IMG/VR virus record: IMGVR_UViG_3300048598_000245
Location: 1 to 26,663 of that record
Strand: one strand, 5' to 3'
From: a virus
Lineage: Duplodnaviria; Caudoviricetes
Length of the DNA stretch: 26,663 bases
A model generated the notes under the pieces. The model made no database searches. It had not been told where the DNA came from and saw only the letters and a program-made list of their open reading frames with translations. The position numbers were made by a program, and so were the translations under genes. Each line of letters begins with the position of its first letter. Within the stretch, counting starts at the first letter, position 1. Positions 7,774-15,939 of this stretch are shown in pieces.

Positions 7774-8432
7774 CCGACCAAACTGAAGCCACCGAACCGA
7801 AGACCCTGCCGGCCGGCTGCGAGCTGTTCAACGGCAAGCCCTACATGGCCAACGCTAAGGGCGCGCTCGTTCCCCTGGAGAGCGTCAATCCGCGCGACCT
7901 GCTGATGGACGAAACCGTCCGCAAGATCCTCGGCTACGCAGCCCCGCTGGCCGAACAGATCGCCCGGTTCAAGCAGCACACCCTGGAGGACGTCGCCGGC
8001 TTCCTGGACATCCTCGCGCAGGAGTACGGCCTCACCCGCGGCGGGCCGAAAGGCAACATCACGCTGGTGACCTTCGACGGCCTGCAGAAGGTCCAGGTGC
8101 AGGTTGCCGACCGCGTCACCTTCGGCCCGGAGCTGCAGCAGGCGAAGGCGCTGGTGGACGAGTGCCTGAACGATTGGTCCGCCGACAGCAACGCGGCGCT
8201 GCGGACCATCGTGCAGAGCGCGTTCAGCGTCGACAAGGAGGGCAAGGTCAGCCCGACCGAACTCTTCAGCCTGCTGCGTCACGACATCGAGGACGAGCGC
8301 TGGCAGCGGGCCATGAAGGCGATCCGCGACAGCGTCCGCGTCGAGGGCTCGAAGGAGTACGTGCGCTTCTACCGCCGGGCGAAGCCCACGGACCGCTGGG
8401 AGCCGGTCTCCATCGACGTGGCGGCCGCGTGA
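7770..8432 (+). CDS. DUF3164 family Mu-like early protein
   Basis: GGPKGNITLVTFDG...FGPELQQAKALVDECL...W...KEYVRFY pattern; GGAG RBS. Confidence 0.85.
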   Translation: MTDQTEATEPKTLPAGCELFNGKPYMANAKGALVPLESVNPRDLLMDETVRKILGYAAPLAEQIARFKQHTLEDVAGFLDILAQEYGLTRGGPKGNITLVTFDGLQKVQVQVADRVTFGPELQQAKALVDECLNDWSADSNAALRTIVQSAFSVDKEGKVSPTELFSLLRHDIEDERWQRAMKAIRDSVRVEGSKEYVRFYRRAKPTDRWEPVSIDVAAA

Positions 8433-8602
8433 TGCCGGCCGCCGCCAAGCCCCTGCGCGTGGCGTTCAAGCGGGCCGCCCGGCGGCCCCTGAACCTCGCG
8501 CCCTTCAACTGGCGGCTCTGCCTGGCGGTCGGCGTCAACGCCGGCCTCTGGGCCTTCGTCGTGGCCGTCGTGATCCCGCTGCTCGCCGGAGGTCCGGACT
8601 GA
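8432..8602 (+). CDS. Small single-TM membrane protein (56 aa)
   Basis: TGATG coupling at both ends; basic N-terminus and hydrophobic C-terminal segment. Confidence 0.65.
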   Translation: MPAAAKPLRVAFKRAARRPLNLAPFNWRLCLAVGVNAGLWAFVVAVVIPLLAGGPD

Positions 8603-8838
8603 TGCCGCTCACCAAGGAACAGGCGCTCGACCTGATCAGCGCCACCGCGCTCTTCGCCCGCTTCACGTCGATCCTCTCGGACTTCGAGGTCGAGACGATC
8701 GCCGAGGTCGGCGAGCGCTACCGCCTTCACGGCCGCCAGGCCGTGCTCACCGACGCCGAGCACCAGGTCGTCCGCGACGCCCTCGAGGCGATGCGCAAGG
8801 CCTCGGCGCGGCAGACCGTCATGAGGACCGCGGCATGA
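8602..8838 (+). CDS. Hypothetical protein
   Basis: GGAGG RBS; coupled at both ends. Confidence 0.75.
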   Translation: MPLTKEQALDLISATALFARFTSILSDFEVETIAEVGERYRLHGRQAVLTDAEHQVVRDALEAMRKASARQTVMRTAA

Positions 8839-9548
8839 GCGGCGACGGTCAGTACCGCTGGCCGGCCGATGAAGAGGCGGCCGCTCGTCAGCTCTACGTG
8901 GAGCAGGGCCTCGGTCCTGCCGAAGTGGCGGCCGCCCTGGGCGGCCGGCACAGCCGCCGCCAGGTCGCCCGCCTGGCGCACCTTCGCGGTTGGGCGCAGG
9001 CCCGCGACCCGGAAGTCACCAAGGCCGCGCGCTCTCGCGGCCTGACGCGCACCTTCCTGGAAGGCTCCCGCAGGAGCAGCGGCTTCCAGTGGACGGCCGC
9101 CAGGATCGCCCTGCTCGAGCAGCGCTACGTCGTCGAGGACAAGCCGGTGGGCGAGATCGCCCGGGAGCTTGGCGGCGCCTGCACGCCGCGCGCGGTCACC
9201 CGGAAGGTGGTCGCCTTGGGCCTTGCTGCGAAGCGGCCGACGATCCGTCGCTCGACGTCGACCAAGGCGGTCGCCGTCGAAGCGAAGGCCGTCGCGCATC
9301 CTGTGCCGGCGCGGCCGTTCCTCGGCGAGGGTCGCGCGCTGCCCGACGACGTCCGCGCGCTGATCGACCAGGCCATCGCCGCCGGCAAGGTGGCGCGCCT
9401 GCAGCCCGGGCTCGCCGCCGGCCTGTCGCCCCTGGAAGCGACGTTCGGCGCGGTCTCGCCCCAGCAGGGCCGCTCCTGGCGCGAACAGGCCACGACCGCG
9501 CACCAGATCGCCCGAGCACGGGCCAAAGCCCAGGGCGCGCGCCGATGA
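8835..9548 (+). CDS. Protein with two GcrA/Myb-like HTH repeats
   Basis: RWPADEEAAARQLY...AEVAAALGGRHSRRQV and QWTAARIALLEQRY...GEIARELGGACTPRAVTRKVVALGL. Confidence 0.7.
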   Translation: MSGDGQYRWPADEEAAARQLYVEQGLGPAEVAAALGGRHSRRQVARLAHLRGWAQARDPEVTKAARSRGLTRTFLEGSRRSSGFQWTAARIALLEQRYVVEDKPVGEIARELGGACTPRAVTRKVVALGLAAKRPTIRRSTSTKAVAVEAKAVAHPVPARPFLGEGRALPDDVRALIDQAIAAGKVARLQPGLAAGLSPLEATFGAVSPQQGRSWREQATTAHQIARARAKAQGARR

Positions 9549-9802
9549 CCGCCGCCTGGATCTCCGACGTCGGTGTCACGGACCATGCGCTGGTCCGCTG
9601 GCTCGAGCGCGTCCACGGCGTGGACCTGGAGCGCTACCGCGCGGAGATCCGGGCGGCCCTCGTCGCCGGCGGCTTCGATCTTCCGGCGCCCGGCAGCGAC
9701 GCCGGCGTCTACATCGACGCGCCGAGCTTCGGCGTCTTCCTGGTGGTGCGCGCCGGCGCGGTGGCCACCGTCCTGCACCCCAGCACCGGAGAGCCGGAAT
9801 GA
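9545..9802 (+). CDS. Phage hypothetical protein with HAxxRxxER motif (85 aa)
   Basis: VTDHALVRWLERV; ATGA coupling at both ends. Confidence 0.7.
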   Translation: MTAAWISDVGVTDHALVRWLERVHGVDLERYRAEIRAALVAGGFDLPAPGSDAGVYIDAPSFGVFLVVRAGAVATVLHPSTGEPE

Positions 9803-10155
9803 GCCGCAAGCCCGCCAAGCGCCGCCCGTCGCGGGTCGGCTTCAAGGACTGGTCGCCGGCGTTCCGTGAGATCTTCCGGCTGGCCGCCGACAACTGGTCC
9901 CCACCGGCTGCCGTAAAGGTCACTCAATCCGTCGACGGACGCCGCATCACCTTCGATGCGCGCTTCCTGCAGCCGAACGGCTACGAGGTGGCGTTGCGCA
10001 CCCGCTGCCGCCGCCGCGCCGATCGGAGCGTCGACATCGTCGAGGAGACGGCGTCGTTCCGCTTCTGGTGCCGCGTCGAGGCGCCCACCCAAGGTGGTGG
10101 CCCCGAAGCATTGCGGACAAGCGGGGAACCTCAAGCGAACGGAGCCGAAACGTGA
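9799..10155 (+). CDS. Hypothetical protein
   Basis: GGAG RBS; coupled overlaps. Confidence 0.65.
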   Translation: MSRKPAKRRPSRVGFKDWSPAFREIFRLAADNWSPPAAVKVTQSVDGRRITFDARFLQPNGYEVALRTRCRRRADRSVDIVEETASFRFWCRVEAPTQGGGPEALRTSGEPQANGAET

Positions 10156-10346
10156 TCGATGCTGCCTCCATCGCCGTGTCGCACTGCGACTGTGGCAACG
10201 TCCACATCGCGCTCTACGACGTCGACGGCGTCGAGGTGGCGCGGGCCAGCATGCCGGCTGTCCAGGCCGCCGACTTCACCGACGACCTGATCTCGGCGCT
10301 CCATGGCGCCGCCGAGGCCCTGCTCTCAAAGGCGAGGCCGAACTGA
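10152..10346 (+). CDS. Hypothetical protein (64 aa, CxC..H motif)
   Basis: GTGA start overlap, GGAG RBS, TGATG coupling downstream. Confidence 0.65.
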   Translation: MIDAASIAVSHCDCGNVHIALYDVDGVEVARASMPAVQAADFTDDLISALHGAAEALLSKARPN

Positions 10347-11296
10347 TGGCTGAGAACTCTGCCATTTCCTGGTGCGACCACACCTTCAACCCTTGGATCG
10401 GCTGCGCCCGCGTCTCGCCGGCCTGCGACGGCTGCTATGCGGCGGCCCTTATGGGCGGCGAAGGCGGCCGGTTCGCCCGCGCTGAGTGGGGTGGCCCCGG
10501 CAAGGGCGACGGTACGCGCAGCCGCACGAAGGACTGGTCGAGTCCGCGGAGATGGAACCGCCAGGCGGCCGCAGCGCCGGGCAAGACCTTCGTCTTCTGC
10601 GCCTCCCTGGCCGACGTGTTCGACAACGCCGTGCCGCCTGAGTGGCGCCGCGACCTGTTCACGCTGATCAGCGACACGCCGCACCTGACATGGCTGCTGC
10701 TCACCAAGCGTCCGGGGAACATTATCCGCCTTTTCAACGAAGCGGCGACCCTCGACATAGGCCGAGTTGATCTTGGCCTGGCATGGCCCTGCAACGCCGC
10801 CATCGGCTGCACCGTGGTCAACCAGGCCGAGGCCGACCGCGATGTGCCGAGGCTCCTCGCGGCCAAGGCGACCCTAAGTCCGGCCTTCGCATTCCTGTCC
10901 ATGGAGCCGCTGCTGGGGCCGGTGGACGTGCGTCCGTGGATCGGCCACGTGATCCGAGATGCGATCGGCGGGTACGAGCCTGAGCTGCTGACGCCCTGGC
11001 CTCGCATCGACTGGATCATCACCGGCGGCGAGACCGACCAAGGCGACCACAAGTCACGGCCGTCCGACCCGATGTGGTTTCGCAGCGTTCGCGATCAGTG
11101 CGCGGCGGCGGGCGTGCCCTTCCACTTCAAACAGTGGGGGGAGTGGCAACCTCCGGGCCCAGGGGTGGAGATCCTCGACGCCGGCGGCCCGAGCGCCTGC
11201 CAAATGCGCTCGGGTGAGTGGGTGTTCAAGGACGGTAAGGCCAGCGACCCCTGCACCCTCGACGGCGTTCGCCATGACGCCAGGCCGACGCGATGA
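10346..11296 (+). CDS. DUF5131 / phage Gp37Gp68 family protein (radical-SAM-like)
   Basis: ISWCDHTFNPWIGCARVSPACDGCYA, SLADVFD, LLTKRP, SMEPLLG, WIITGGE, FHFKQWG. Confidence 0.92.
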   Translation: MAENSAISWCDHTFNPWIGCARVSPACDGCYAAALMGGEGGRFARAEWGGPGKGDGTRSRTKDWSSPRRWNRQAAAAPGKTFVFCASLADVFDNAVPPEWRRDLFTLISDTPHLTWLLLTKRPGNIIRLFNEAATLDIGRVDLGLAWPCNAAIGCTVVNQAEADRDVPRLLAAKATLSPAFAFLSMEPLLGPVDVRPWIGHVIRDAIGGYEPELLTPWPRIDWIITGGETDQGDHKSRPSDPMWFRSVRDQCAAAGVPFHFKQWGEWQPPGPGVEILDAGGPSACQMRSGEWVFKDGKASDPCTLDGVRHDARPTR

Positions 11297-11919
11297 CCGC
11301 CCCTGCTCGCCGCGCAATGCTGGCCAAGGTGCACCTGGCCGCCAAGGAACTCGGCCTCGACGAGGAGACGCGTCGGGACGTGCTCGAGCGCGTCACGGGG
11401 GGGCACCGCTCGGCCGGCGACTGCAGCGACGCCCAGCTCGACCAGGTGCTGGCCGAGTTCAAGCGTCAGGGCTGGAAGCCGAAGGTCGTCAAGGGGGGCA
11501 AGGCCGGCGATGAACGGCCTTCGAACGCCCGTCGACGAGCCGCCGACAGCCCCATGGCGCGCAAGGCCAGGGCGATGTGGATCTCGCTCCACCAGCTGGG
11601 CGTCGTGCGCGATCCGTCCGAGCGCGCGCTGGAGGCCTTCGGCCGCCGGCAGCTCGGCGTCGATCGGCTGCAGTGGGCCGACGAGAGCCAAGGTTACCGG
11701 CTGGTCGAGGCGCTGAAGGCCATGGCCGAGCGCGCGGGCTGGTCGCAGGACCTGGCCGACGTGCCGGCGCGGCTTCACGTCTGGACCCTGAAGCTGCGCT
11801 TGGTCTGCGCCCTCCTGAAGCAGCTGGAGCGCCCGCCGATCAGCGGCGGCTCGATCGAGCAGCTCGACCACCAGGCCCGCGCCCTTGCCGCAGAGATCCG
11901 CGAGGCCCAGGACGGATGA
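11293..11919 (+). CDS. gemA: GemA-like regulator (DUF1018, Mu gp16-like)
   Basis: LAKVHLAAKELGLDEETRRDVL..VTG..S...G W and KARAMW..L...G...LVEALK. Confidence 0.88.
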   Translation: MTAPARRAMLAKVHLAAKELGLDEETRRDVLERVTGGHRSAGDCSDAQLDQVLAEFKRQGWKPKVVKGGKAGDERPSNARRRAADSPMARKARAMWISLHQLGVVRDPSERALEAFGRRQLGVDRLQWADESQGYRLVEALKAMAERAGWSQDLADVPARLHVWTLKLRLVCALLKQLERPPISGGSIEQLDHQARALAAEIREAQDG

Positions 11920-12143
11920 GCCGCTGCTACCCCGGCAAGGTCTCCAGTCGCGAGGACGGCGAGAACGGCCGTCCGATGGCGCTCGTGCGCCTCGCGCCGC
12001 CGGCGGTCGGCTATGTGCTCGTCCGATGCCCTTCCGACCTTACGAAGGGCGCTCGCGTCTGGGTGCGGCCGACCGGCTGCCCCATGAGCGACCCCTGGGC
12101 GCTCGCACCCAAGCTAATCCTTCAACAGGCGAGCCTCACCTGA
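11916..12143 (+). CDS. Hypothetical protein (75 aa)
   Basis: ATGA and TGATG coupling at its two ends. Confidence 0.55.
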   Translation: MSRCYPGKVSSREDGENGRPMALVRLAPPAVGYVLVRCPSDLTKGARVWVRPTGCPMSDPWALAPKLILQQASLT

Positions 12144-12352
12144 TGGGCTCGGACCTCTTCAACTGGCGAGAGGAAGCCGACGCCGCCGAGCGGGTCGCGC
12201 AGGCCGAGGCCGAGCGCGCCGCCGCCGAGCGGGCGCGTCGGTATGCCCCCCATGGGAAGGTCCGCACCCGTCAGGCCCGCCTCGAGGCGGCGACCATGGC
12301 CGCCCTGCAGGCGGAGCTGCGCCTGGCGCGCATCCAGGGTGAGCAGCCGTGA
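12143..12352 (+). CDS. Small helical hypothetical protein (69 aa)
   Basis: Coupled at both ends; Ala/Glu/Arg-rich. Confidence 0.65.
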   Translation: MGSDLFNWREEADAAERVAQAEAERAAAERARRYAPHGKVRTRQARLEAATMAALQAELRLARIQGEQP

Positions 12353-12717
12353 GCGTGTTTCACGGCCGGCTGGGCGAGATCGAAGAGGCCGCCGGCGCGC
12401 GGGCGGCGTCGATCCTGGCCGTCCGCGTCGGCGGCACCCGCATTGCTCTGTCGGACGCCGACGGCTCTCAGCTCGTGGAGCTCGTCGGGAAGGAAGCCGC
12501 CGAGAAGATCGTCCAGGCGCTCGGTCGCGGCCACTTCGACGTGCCGATGGCGCACCTGCGCGGCCAGAAGGCGCGCCGGGCCGAGGCCCTGCGCCAGCTC
12601 CGGAGCGGCGCTTCCGTCCGCGACGTCGCCCTGAAGTGTGATGTCCACGAACGCACGGTGTGGCGGGTTAAGGCTGGTCCGAAGCCCTCCGACGAGCCGG
12701 ACCTGTTCGACGACTGA
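12349..12717 (+). CDS. Mor/C-family late transcription activator
   Basis: G..AA..L....GG.RI segment and C-terminal HTH (SVRDVALKCDVHERTVWRV). Last gene before lysis. Confidence 0.8.
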   Translation: MSVFHGRLGEIEEAAGARAASILAVRVGGTRIALSDADGSQLVELVGKEAAEKIVQALGRGHFDVPMAHLRGQKARRAEALRQLRSGASVRDVALKCDVHERTVWRVKAGPKPSDEPDLFDD

Positions 12718-12758
12718 CAGATGTCAGGGGCTAAGGCCCTTCGAAGCTCCGCCATGCT
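12714..12758 (+). promoter_or_regulatory. Putative activator-dependent late promoter 1 (lysis operon)
   Basis: CTGACA-GA-TGTCAG dyad, then GGGCTAAGGCCC, 13 bp, and -10-like CATGCT. Matches the element at 20888. Confidence 0.75.
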
Positions 12759-12773
12759 GCCCATGACAGTTCG

Positions 12774-12793
12774 CCCGGCGCAAGCCGGGTTTT
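12774..12793 (+). terminator. GCAA-tetraloop hairpin with T4 tail
   Basis: CCCGGC-GCAA-GCCGGG-TTTT between the activator and endolysin genes. Confidence 0.55.
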
Positions 12794-12809
12794 CCGTGGG
12801 GCGCCAACC

Positions 12810-13442
12810 TTGTCCGATCCTCTCGCGATCACCGCCGAGCGCCTGCGCGTTGTCTGCCCTCGGCTGACGCTCGCCCAGGCCGAGGTCCATGCCGAGGCGC
12901 TCGAGCACGCGCGCCCGGTCGCCGCCCTGAACACCGCCGCGCGGATCCGCCACTTCGTCGCCCAGTGCGCCCACGAGACCGGCGACTTCCGCCGGCTGAC
13001 CGAGAACCTCAACTACCGCGACCCCGCCCAGCTCGACCGCCTGTTCAAGGCCGTGCGCGGGCTCGCCGACGCGCGCCTCCTGATCTCGCATGGCGCCCAG
13101 GCCATCGCCAACCGCGTCTATGCGGGCCGAGGCGGCAACGGCGACGAAGCCTCCGGCGACGGCTGGCGCTATCGCGGCCGGGGCTACCTGCAGGTCACGC
13201 TCAAGGACAACTACGTCCAGCTCGCCAAGGTCAGCCGACTGCCGATCGCCGAGCGGCCCGAGCTGCTGGAGAACCCGGTCGTCGCGGCCCAGGTCTCCGC
13301 CCACTACTGGCGCTGGCACGCGATCAACGCCGCGGCCGATCGCGACGACACCCGGGCCGTGACCGCCCACATCAACCCGGCTCTCGCCGGCCTGGACGAC
13401 CGCATCGCCAAGGTGGGTCAGGCCCGCAAGGTGTGGCCGTGA
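12810..13442 (+). CDS. Endolysin, glycoside hydrolase family 19
   Basis: FVAQCAHETG, ENLNY, ANRVY..GNG, GDGWRYRGRGYLQVT..NY. TTG start. Confidence 0.92.
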   Translation: MSDPLAITAERLRVVCPRLTLAQAEVHAEALEHARPVAALNTAARIRHFVAQCAHETGDFRRLTENLNYRDPAQLDRLFKAVRGLADARLLISHGAQAIANRVYAGRGGNGDEASGDGWRYRGRGYLQVTLKDNYVQLAKVSRLPIAERPELLENPVVAAQVSAHYWRWHAINAAADRDDTRAVTAHINPALAGLDDRIAKVGQARKVWP

Positions 13443-13693
13443 GCGATGCCGCCGTTCCTGACGAAGAACGCTGGACCACGTTCCGGCGGTTCTGGCGCGG
13501 CGGGTGGCGCTCGACCGCCGCATGGGTCTGCGTCGTGGCGCTCCTGGTCAACGGCGTGGTCCTGCCCATGAGCCGGATCTTCGGCGTCCAGATCGAGCCG
13601 ATGGACTGGCAGGGCATGGCGGTCTTCGCGGGCGGCCTCTGGTCGCTCGCCCACTACCGATCCCGCGACCTCCAGCAGCACGTGACCTCATGA
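13439..13693 (+). CDS. Probable holin (84 aa)
   Basis: Two hydrophobic segments, WR....WVC motif, coupled directly to the endolysin. Confidence 0.7.
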   Translation: MSDAAVPDEERWTTFRRFWRGGWRSTAAWVCVVALLVNGVVLPMSRIFGVQIEPMDWQGMAVFAGGLWSLAHYRSRDLQQHVTS

Positions 13694-14259
13694 GCATCCG
13701 CCTCTTCCTCATCGCCGGCGCCGTCACGGCCCTGGTCGCCAGCGCCGCAGCCCTGAAGGTGCAGAGCGAGCGCGCCGATCGCCTGGCCGACCAGGTCGCC
13801 GGCCACGCCGCCTGCGTCGCCTCGGTCGAGGGCGCGAAGGGCGCCCGGCCGTCGGACGAGACCTGCGCCGCGCCGATCGCCGTCGCCGATCGCATCGCCG
13901 ACCGGGCCATGGCCTGCGAAGGCGCCCTGAAGGTGAACGTCAACAGCGCCGAGGGGACGGCCGTCACGGCCTCCAACGGCGTGGCCGTCATGGCCGCCTG
14001 CCTGCCCGAGGTCGCGCGGCTGTTCGGCCAGAGCCTGGCCGACGCCTCCACTGTCCTGGACCTGCGCGGCCAGCTCGACGTCGCCGCCCAAGATCGCAAC
14101 CGGGCCGTCGCCCGCGCCGAGGCGCGCGGCCGAGCCCTAGCCGAGAGAGACCTCCATGCCGAAGCTGTTCGCGAGAGCGCGCCTCTCGATGGCGATGGCC
14201 TGCGCGCTTACGACGCTGAGCGCCTGCGCCAGCGCTTCGAAGTCAAGCCCGCCTACTGA
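13690..14259 (+). CDS. Probable inner-membrane spanin (Rz-like)
   Basis: N-terminal TM, helical periplasmic region with Cys residues, overlapped by a lipoprotein ORF. Confidence 0.7.
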   Translation: MSIRLFLIAGAVTALVASAAALKVQSERADRLADQVAGHAACVASVEGAKGARPSDETCAAPIAVADRIADRAMACEGALKVNVNSAEGTAVTASNGVAVMAACLPEVARLFGQSLADASTVLDLRGQLDVAAQDRNRAVARAEARGRALAERDLHAEAVRESAPLDGDGLRAYDAERLRQRFEVKPAY

Positions 14260-14488
14260 CCCGGTCGGCCCCGCCTACCAGGTCCAGACCGTGCGCGTGA
14301 TCGTGTGCCCCGCCGAGGTGGAGCTGGAGCTGCCGCCGCGCGCCGACCCGGCCGCCGGCGCGGACCTTCGCGCCAATCCCGAGGCCGACGCCTACCTCGA
14401 CGCAAAGGACGCCCGCGAGGACCTCCTCGAGGCGCGCTTCCGCGACGCGGCCGCCTGGTGCGCCGACCAGGGTGCGGGCGGCCGATGA
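14156..14488 (+). CDS. Probable outer-membrane spanin lipoprotein (Rz1-like)
   Basis: Lipobox LSA-C, Pro-rich; starts in the +1 frame inside the i-spanin 3' end. Confidence 0.75.
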   Translation: MPKLFARARLSMAMACALTTLSACASASKSSPPTDPVGPAYQVQTVRVIVCPAEVELELPPRADPAAGADLRANPEADAYLDAKDAREDLLEARFRDAAAWCADQGAGGR

Positions 14489-14724
14489 GCGACGACGTGG
14501 ATCTCGCCCAGCGCTTCGAACAGCTCCGGCGCGACCGGGCGCTGGGCGTGGTCCTGGCCGACGCCCGCGTCCTGCAGGCGCCGGCGAGCGGCTGGGCCTG
14601 CGTCGCGTGCGGCGAAGAGATCGAGGCCGAGCGCCGCCAGGCCGCGCCCGGCGCGAAGCGGTGCGTCGAATGTCAGGCCGCGCTCGAGCGTCGCCGCAAG
14701 TTGTTCCCCGGGGGTGTTGCGTGA
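14485..14724 (+). CDS. TraR/DksA C4 zinc-finger protein
   Basis: MSDDVDLAQ...CVACGEEI...RR.A.PG..RCVECQ. Confidence 0.9.
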   Translation: MSDDVDLAQRFEQLRRDRALGVVLADARVLQAPASGWACVACGEEIEAERRQAAPGAKRCVECQAALERRRKLFPGGVA

Positions 14725-15035
14725 GTGTTTCGACTTTCCAGATGTTCGCGGCCGCGTTCGCCGCGATCTCAGCGGCCTGCGCGATGTGGGTGGCGATCCG
14801 GACCGGCCGCTGGCGCGAGACCGACGAGGCCAAGGCGCTGATCAAGCGCGTCGGCGACGTCGAGGGGCGCGTCCGCGACTGCGAGATCCGGATGGAGGAC
14901 CTGCCGACCCGCGCCGACCTCGAGCGCCTGCGCGGCGAGGTGCACGCGGTCCGCGACGGCGTGCAGAACGCCAACAACGGCATCGATCGGATCGAGGCCT
15001 TCTTCCTGGCCCGCGGCGTGGAGCGCACGTCGTGA
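14721..15035 (+). CDS. DUF2730-like / Mu gp25-like membrane-anchored coiled-coil protein
   Basis: N-terminal TM, coiled coil with LPT..D motif, syntenic position. Confidence 0.7.
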   Translation: MSVSTFQMFAAAFAAISAACAMWVAIRTGRWRETDEAKALIKRVGDVEGRVRDCEIRMEDLPTRADLERLRGEVHAVRDGVQNANNGIDRIEAFFLARGVERTS

Positions 15036-15352
15036 GGGGGTTCGCGGAGCACCTGGCCGCCGATCGCCGCCTGGCGCTCCTCCGCCTGCTGGTCGAGGCC
15101 AACGGCGAGGCCGGCGAAAGCGCGCTTGAGAAGGGCCTCCTGATGCTCGGCCACCGCGCCGGCGTCGATCGCGACGCGGTGCTCGCCGACCTCGCGTTCC
15201 TCGCCGACGACGCGCGCGGTTGCGTCGTGCTCGACCAGTTCGGCGGGGCCAAGGGCGTCGTGACGATCGCCGCCATCACCAAGCGCGGCGTTGCTGTGTC
15301 CGAGGGGCGCATCGTCGTCGCCGGCGTCGCCGCGCCCGCGCTGGGCCGCTGA
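15032..15352 (+). CDS. Mu gp26-like winged-helix protein
   Basis: DRRLALLRLL...RD.V..DL.FL...IT.RG..V..G...V.GV..P; sits before the small terminase. Confidence 0.78.
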   Translation: MRGFAEHLAADRRLALLRLLVEANGEAGESALEKGLLMLGHRAGVDRDAVLADLAFLADDARGCVVLDQFGGAKGVVTIAAITKRGVAVSEGRIVVAGVAAPALGR

Positions 15353-15354
15353 CC

Positions 15355-15939
15355 ATGGCGCGCAACATGCCGTCCAGCATCGACCGCCTGCCGCCCGAGG
15401 TGCGCGACGCGATCGCCAAGCTGCGGCGCGATGGGCGCACCATCGACGAGATCCTGGACCAGCTCCGCCAGCTCGACGTCGAGGTCTCGCGGTCCGCCCT
15501 CGGCCGGCATGTGAAGAGCCTGGCCGAGATCGGCGAGAGCCTGCGTCGCTCCGAGACCATGGCGAAGTTCATCGTTGACCGCTTCGGCGAGGAGACGGAC
15601 GAGCGCGTCGGCCGCGCCAACATGCGCATCCTGCAGGGCGCCCTGCTGGAGATCCTCACCGAGGATCGCATCGGCGAGGACGGCTCGCCCGTCACCCTCA
15701 CGGCGGACGAAGCCAAGTCGATCTCGCTCTCGCTGCAGCGCCTGGTCACGGCGCAGCGCATGGACGCCGAGCGCCAGCTGCGCATGCGAGCCGAGTTCGC
15801 CAAGGAAGCCGCCGCCAAGGTCGACGCCCTCGGCAAGAAGCTCGGCTGGTCCGCCGAGACCGCCCAGACCGTCCGCGCCCAGATCCTCGGCGTTCGCCCC
15901 GACCAGGTCTCTGCAACCGTCTCGCCGACCGGGGGGTGA
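15355..15939 (+). CDS. DUF3486 / Mu gp27-like, probable small terminase subunit
   Basis: SSIDRLPPEVR...VSRSALGRH...IL G C-terminus; precedes the large terminase. Confidence 0.85.
   Translation: MARNMPSSIDRLPPEVRDAIAKLRRDGRTIDEILDQLRQLDVEVSRSALGRHVKSLAEIGESLRRSETMAKFIVDRFGEETDERVGRANMRILQGALLEILTEDRIGEDGSPVTLTADEAKSISLSLQRLVTAQRMDAERQLRMRAEFAKEAAAKVDALGKKLGWSAETAQTVRAQILGVRPDQVSATVSPTGG

Noticed and set aside
14485-14724. TraR/DksA gene as an unusual cargo
   Set aside because: C4 zinc-finger genes are commonly found at this position in Mu-like phages.
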